Both the position numbers and the translations under genes were made by a program. Below, piece by piece: positions 51,349 through 52,955 of a DNA stretch of 52,955 bases. The stretch comes from an uncultured Pseudomonadota bacterium (GTDB lineage: Bacteria; Pseudomonadota; Gammaproteobacteria; Ga0077536), in NCBI GenBank assembly GCA_913047675.1, contig CAJWTO010000005.1, forward strand, positions 1 through 52,955, given 5' to 3'. The first letter of the stretch is position 1. Each line of letters starts with the position of its first letter. The notes beneath the pieces are model-generated. The model saw only the letters and a program-made list of their open reading frames with translations, made no database searches and was not told the origin of the DNA.

Positions 51349-52371
51349 CTAGCGCAACTCGTCTAGTATCTCACCGAACGCTTCTATAACATCTAAACAT
51401 TCGCTCCGAGATGGGTAGAATTCCGATCCATTTTTAGGGTTGCGAGTTCTAATACAAAGCCAATCTGGATTGGCCCTTTCTTTCATCTCTGACATCCTGT
51501 CAATCCATTTTTGTTTATTACCCACACAGACAAACATGCTTTCTACTTGCTCCGCCATATCCTTTGACTCAGCTTCTGGCGAAAGTCCATTATCCGCGTA
51601 AAAGCTCCACTCGCGAACCCATCTGTGCACATGTTTTTCTCTCAGTTTAGGATCGTCACCTAACCAACCTTCAAATCCAATCGTGATCTGAAAATCAGTT
51701 TTCCCTTTATCTGATGCTCTCTGACGCATATCTGCCACCGCGGGAGCCAATATGTCGAGATGAGGCGGGAACCATAAGCACCAACCTTCATAATCAAGCG
51801 CTCGCTCCATCGCTTTAGGTGCAAACGCGCCTATCCAAATAGGAGGACGAGGCCCTTGGAACGGTTTCGGGTTTAGTTTCACTCCCTCATAATTATAGAA
51901 CTCTCCGCTATAATTGAATTCTTCTTGCGTCCAAGCTCCAACAATACAATCCATGGTCTCTTCAAACCGCCTACCACGTTTCTCAAAGGGCACACCAAAG
52001 CATTTAAAATAATCTTGGTGATATCCAACACCTGCACCGAATACAAAACGACCTCGGCTCAAATTATCTACTGCTGCTAGAGCCTCAGCTAAATGTATCG
52101 GATGATGGAAAGTTGGTTGTATTACCGTGCTGGCGATTTGGACAGTTTTTGTATTCGCCGCGATAACCGCTAGCAGCGAGGTAACATTTGGCCACCACGT
52201 CTCTGGCCTTTGGTGTCGCTCAGGCACCCATAGACCATCGAAACCAACCTCCTCTGCTAAACGTGCTTCAGCGATACAATGATCCATCGCGTCAGCAACT
52301 TCTTCAGGGCTTGGCGGTTCCTGCTGATCGTACTCACCAAAATGGGTGTCGGGCATAAAAGCAATTTTCAT
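51349..52371 (-). CDS. LLM-class flavin-dependent oxidoreductase
   Basis: AEEVGFDGLWVPERH, HPIHLAE, DNLSRGR..FGAGVGY, RFEE and PKPFQGPRPPIWIGA motifs. Confidence 0.88.
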   Translation of the reverse strand: MKIAFMPDTHFGEYDQQEPPSPEEVADAMDHCIAEARLAEEVGFDGLWVPERHQRPETWWPNVTSLLAVIAANTKTVQIASTVIQPTFHHPIHLAEALAAVDNLSRGRFVFGAGVGYHQDYFKCFGVPFEKRGRRFEETMDCIVGAWTQEEFNYSGEFYNYEGVKLNPKPFQGPRPPIWIGAFAPKAMERALDYEGWCLWFPPHLDILAPAVADMRQRASDKGKTDFQITIGFEGWLGDDPKLREKHVHRWVREWSFYADNGLSPEAESKDMAEQVESMFVCVGNKQKWIDRMSEMKERANPDWLCIRTRNPKNGSEFYPSRSECLDVIEAFGEILDELR

Positions 52372-52410
52372 ATCACTACCTCTTAAGAGCTTTTTTCAAT
52401 AGTTGATTTG

Positions 52411-52425
52411 CTTGACTGTAACAAG
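52411..52425. promoter_or_regulatory. CTTG-N7-CAAG site, possible second operator matching the TetR palindrome core
   Basis: Shares the CTTG-N5-AA-CAAG core and spacing with 37510-37524; 39 nt upstream of the LLM start. Confidence 0.35.
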
Positions 52426-52744
52426 AGTGCAGCTATTTTTCGAACGTTTTAAATCAAAATTTAGAGCGTCTTTTCATACAACAAAATTATCCGCATCGGT
52501 CTTAACCACACAAAATTTAAGGTTTATAGAATTTACTTTTTCTCACAAAAACATATACTTAAAAATAGTCGCTCAGCCGCACCATAAAATACCGTGAAAA
52601 TATTTAACAAATCAAGCAAACCTATGTAATATCTGAATTAGGCATAAAAGATAATTTTTTATCCATAGACTGGGGAAAACCAACGTGTGCGTTCCCCGCT
52701 AAATCGGCATGTTCGACGAGGCTAACCATCTGAGGAGTTAACTA

Positions 52745-52955
52745 ATGGCTACAATTGCTAAAGAAATCAACAATGAAGTGGGTTCGGTCTCAGAGTTAAC
52801 CCCACCAACCCTGAGGCAAGCAGTAGATAAAAGAGATGAGTTGACTGAATCTAGCGGCCACTACTACGGGATTAAAGAACTATCGCTAAAAGCTTCAGAC
52901 CCGATTAAATATGAAAGATTCTACTCAAAGATCCACTCTTCCGTTTTAGGCGCCC
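52745..52955 (+). CDS. Acetone-carboxylase alpha-subunit-like (hydantoinase B/oxoprolinase family) protein, N-terminal part, truncated by window edge
   Basis: Not in the ORF track; GAGGAG upstream of ATG 52745: MATIAKEINNEVGSVSELTPPTLRQAVDKRDELTESSGHYYGIKELSLKASDPIKYERFYSKIHSSVLGA. Resembles the acetone carboxylase alpha N-terminus (TL...RD...GxYxG...L.L...P..Y.....) as I recall it. Confidence 0.7.
   Translation, partial: MATIAKEINNEVGSVSELTPPTLRQAVDKRDELTESSGHYYGIKELSLKASDPIKYERFYSKIHSSVLGA

Noticed and set aside
52403-52597. 64-aa plus-strand ORF in the LLM/carboxylase intergenic region
   Set aside because: TTG/ATT-type start without an RBS, AT-rich promoter-like sequence and no recognisable family.
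52600-52744. Sigma54 (-24/-12) promoter expected upstream of an acx-like operon
   Set aside because: No GG-N10-GC with TGGCAC/TTGC context was found by eye; the closest (CGGCATGTTCGACGA) lacks the -12 GC.

Overview
A gene-dense bacterial chromosome segment of moderate GC content. The smc-zipA-ligA order, LptF and MucD/DegP suggest a gammaproteobacterium, and short intergenic spacers and several ATGA overlaps suggest a streamlined genome; both are inferences. The left ~19 kb is housekeeping: degP/mucD (partial), nadB, yciK-like SDR, ligA, zipA, smc, queF, cysZ, gluQ, thrH, PduO-type adenosyltransferase, lptF, metH, asnS and a thiamine-binding protein. The right ~34 kb is a CoA- and B12-dependent carboxylic-acid catabolic region. 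It encodes acyl-CoA ligases, a fused hydratase/dehydrogenase, AcuI, a MoxR/VWA pair, a BVMO, HMG-CoA lyase, crotonases, TetR-icmF-BtuF-like-DUF1289, panB, a haloalkane dehalogenase, CitE/MaoC, an ACAD, a thiolase with an HMGS-DUF35 fusion, a CoA-transferase, an MBL hydrolase, two LLM oxidoreductases and the start of an acetone-carboxylase-alpha-like gene. Best leads: (1) an AhpD/CMD-like gene split by an in-frame UGA at a CxxU site with a SECIS-like hairpin just downstream, i.e. a probable selenoprotein; (2) a DUF2946/CruR-like leader protein ending in RAPP, upstream of a His/Met-rich outer-membrane protein, i.e. a probable ribosome-stalling metal sensor controlling an uncharacterised metal channel; (3) an HMG-CoA-synthase-like/DUF35 fusion lacking the catalytic Cys, next to an SCP-x-type thiolase; (4) a LigA lacking its Cys4 zinc finger. 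I saw no rRNA, tRNA, CRISPR array or mobile element. All family assignments come from motif recognition by eye, not database searches.
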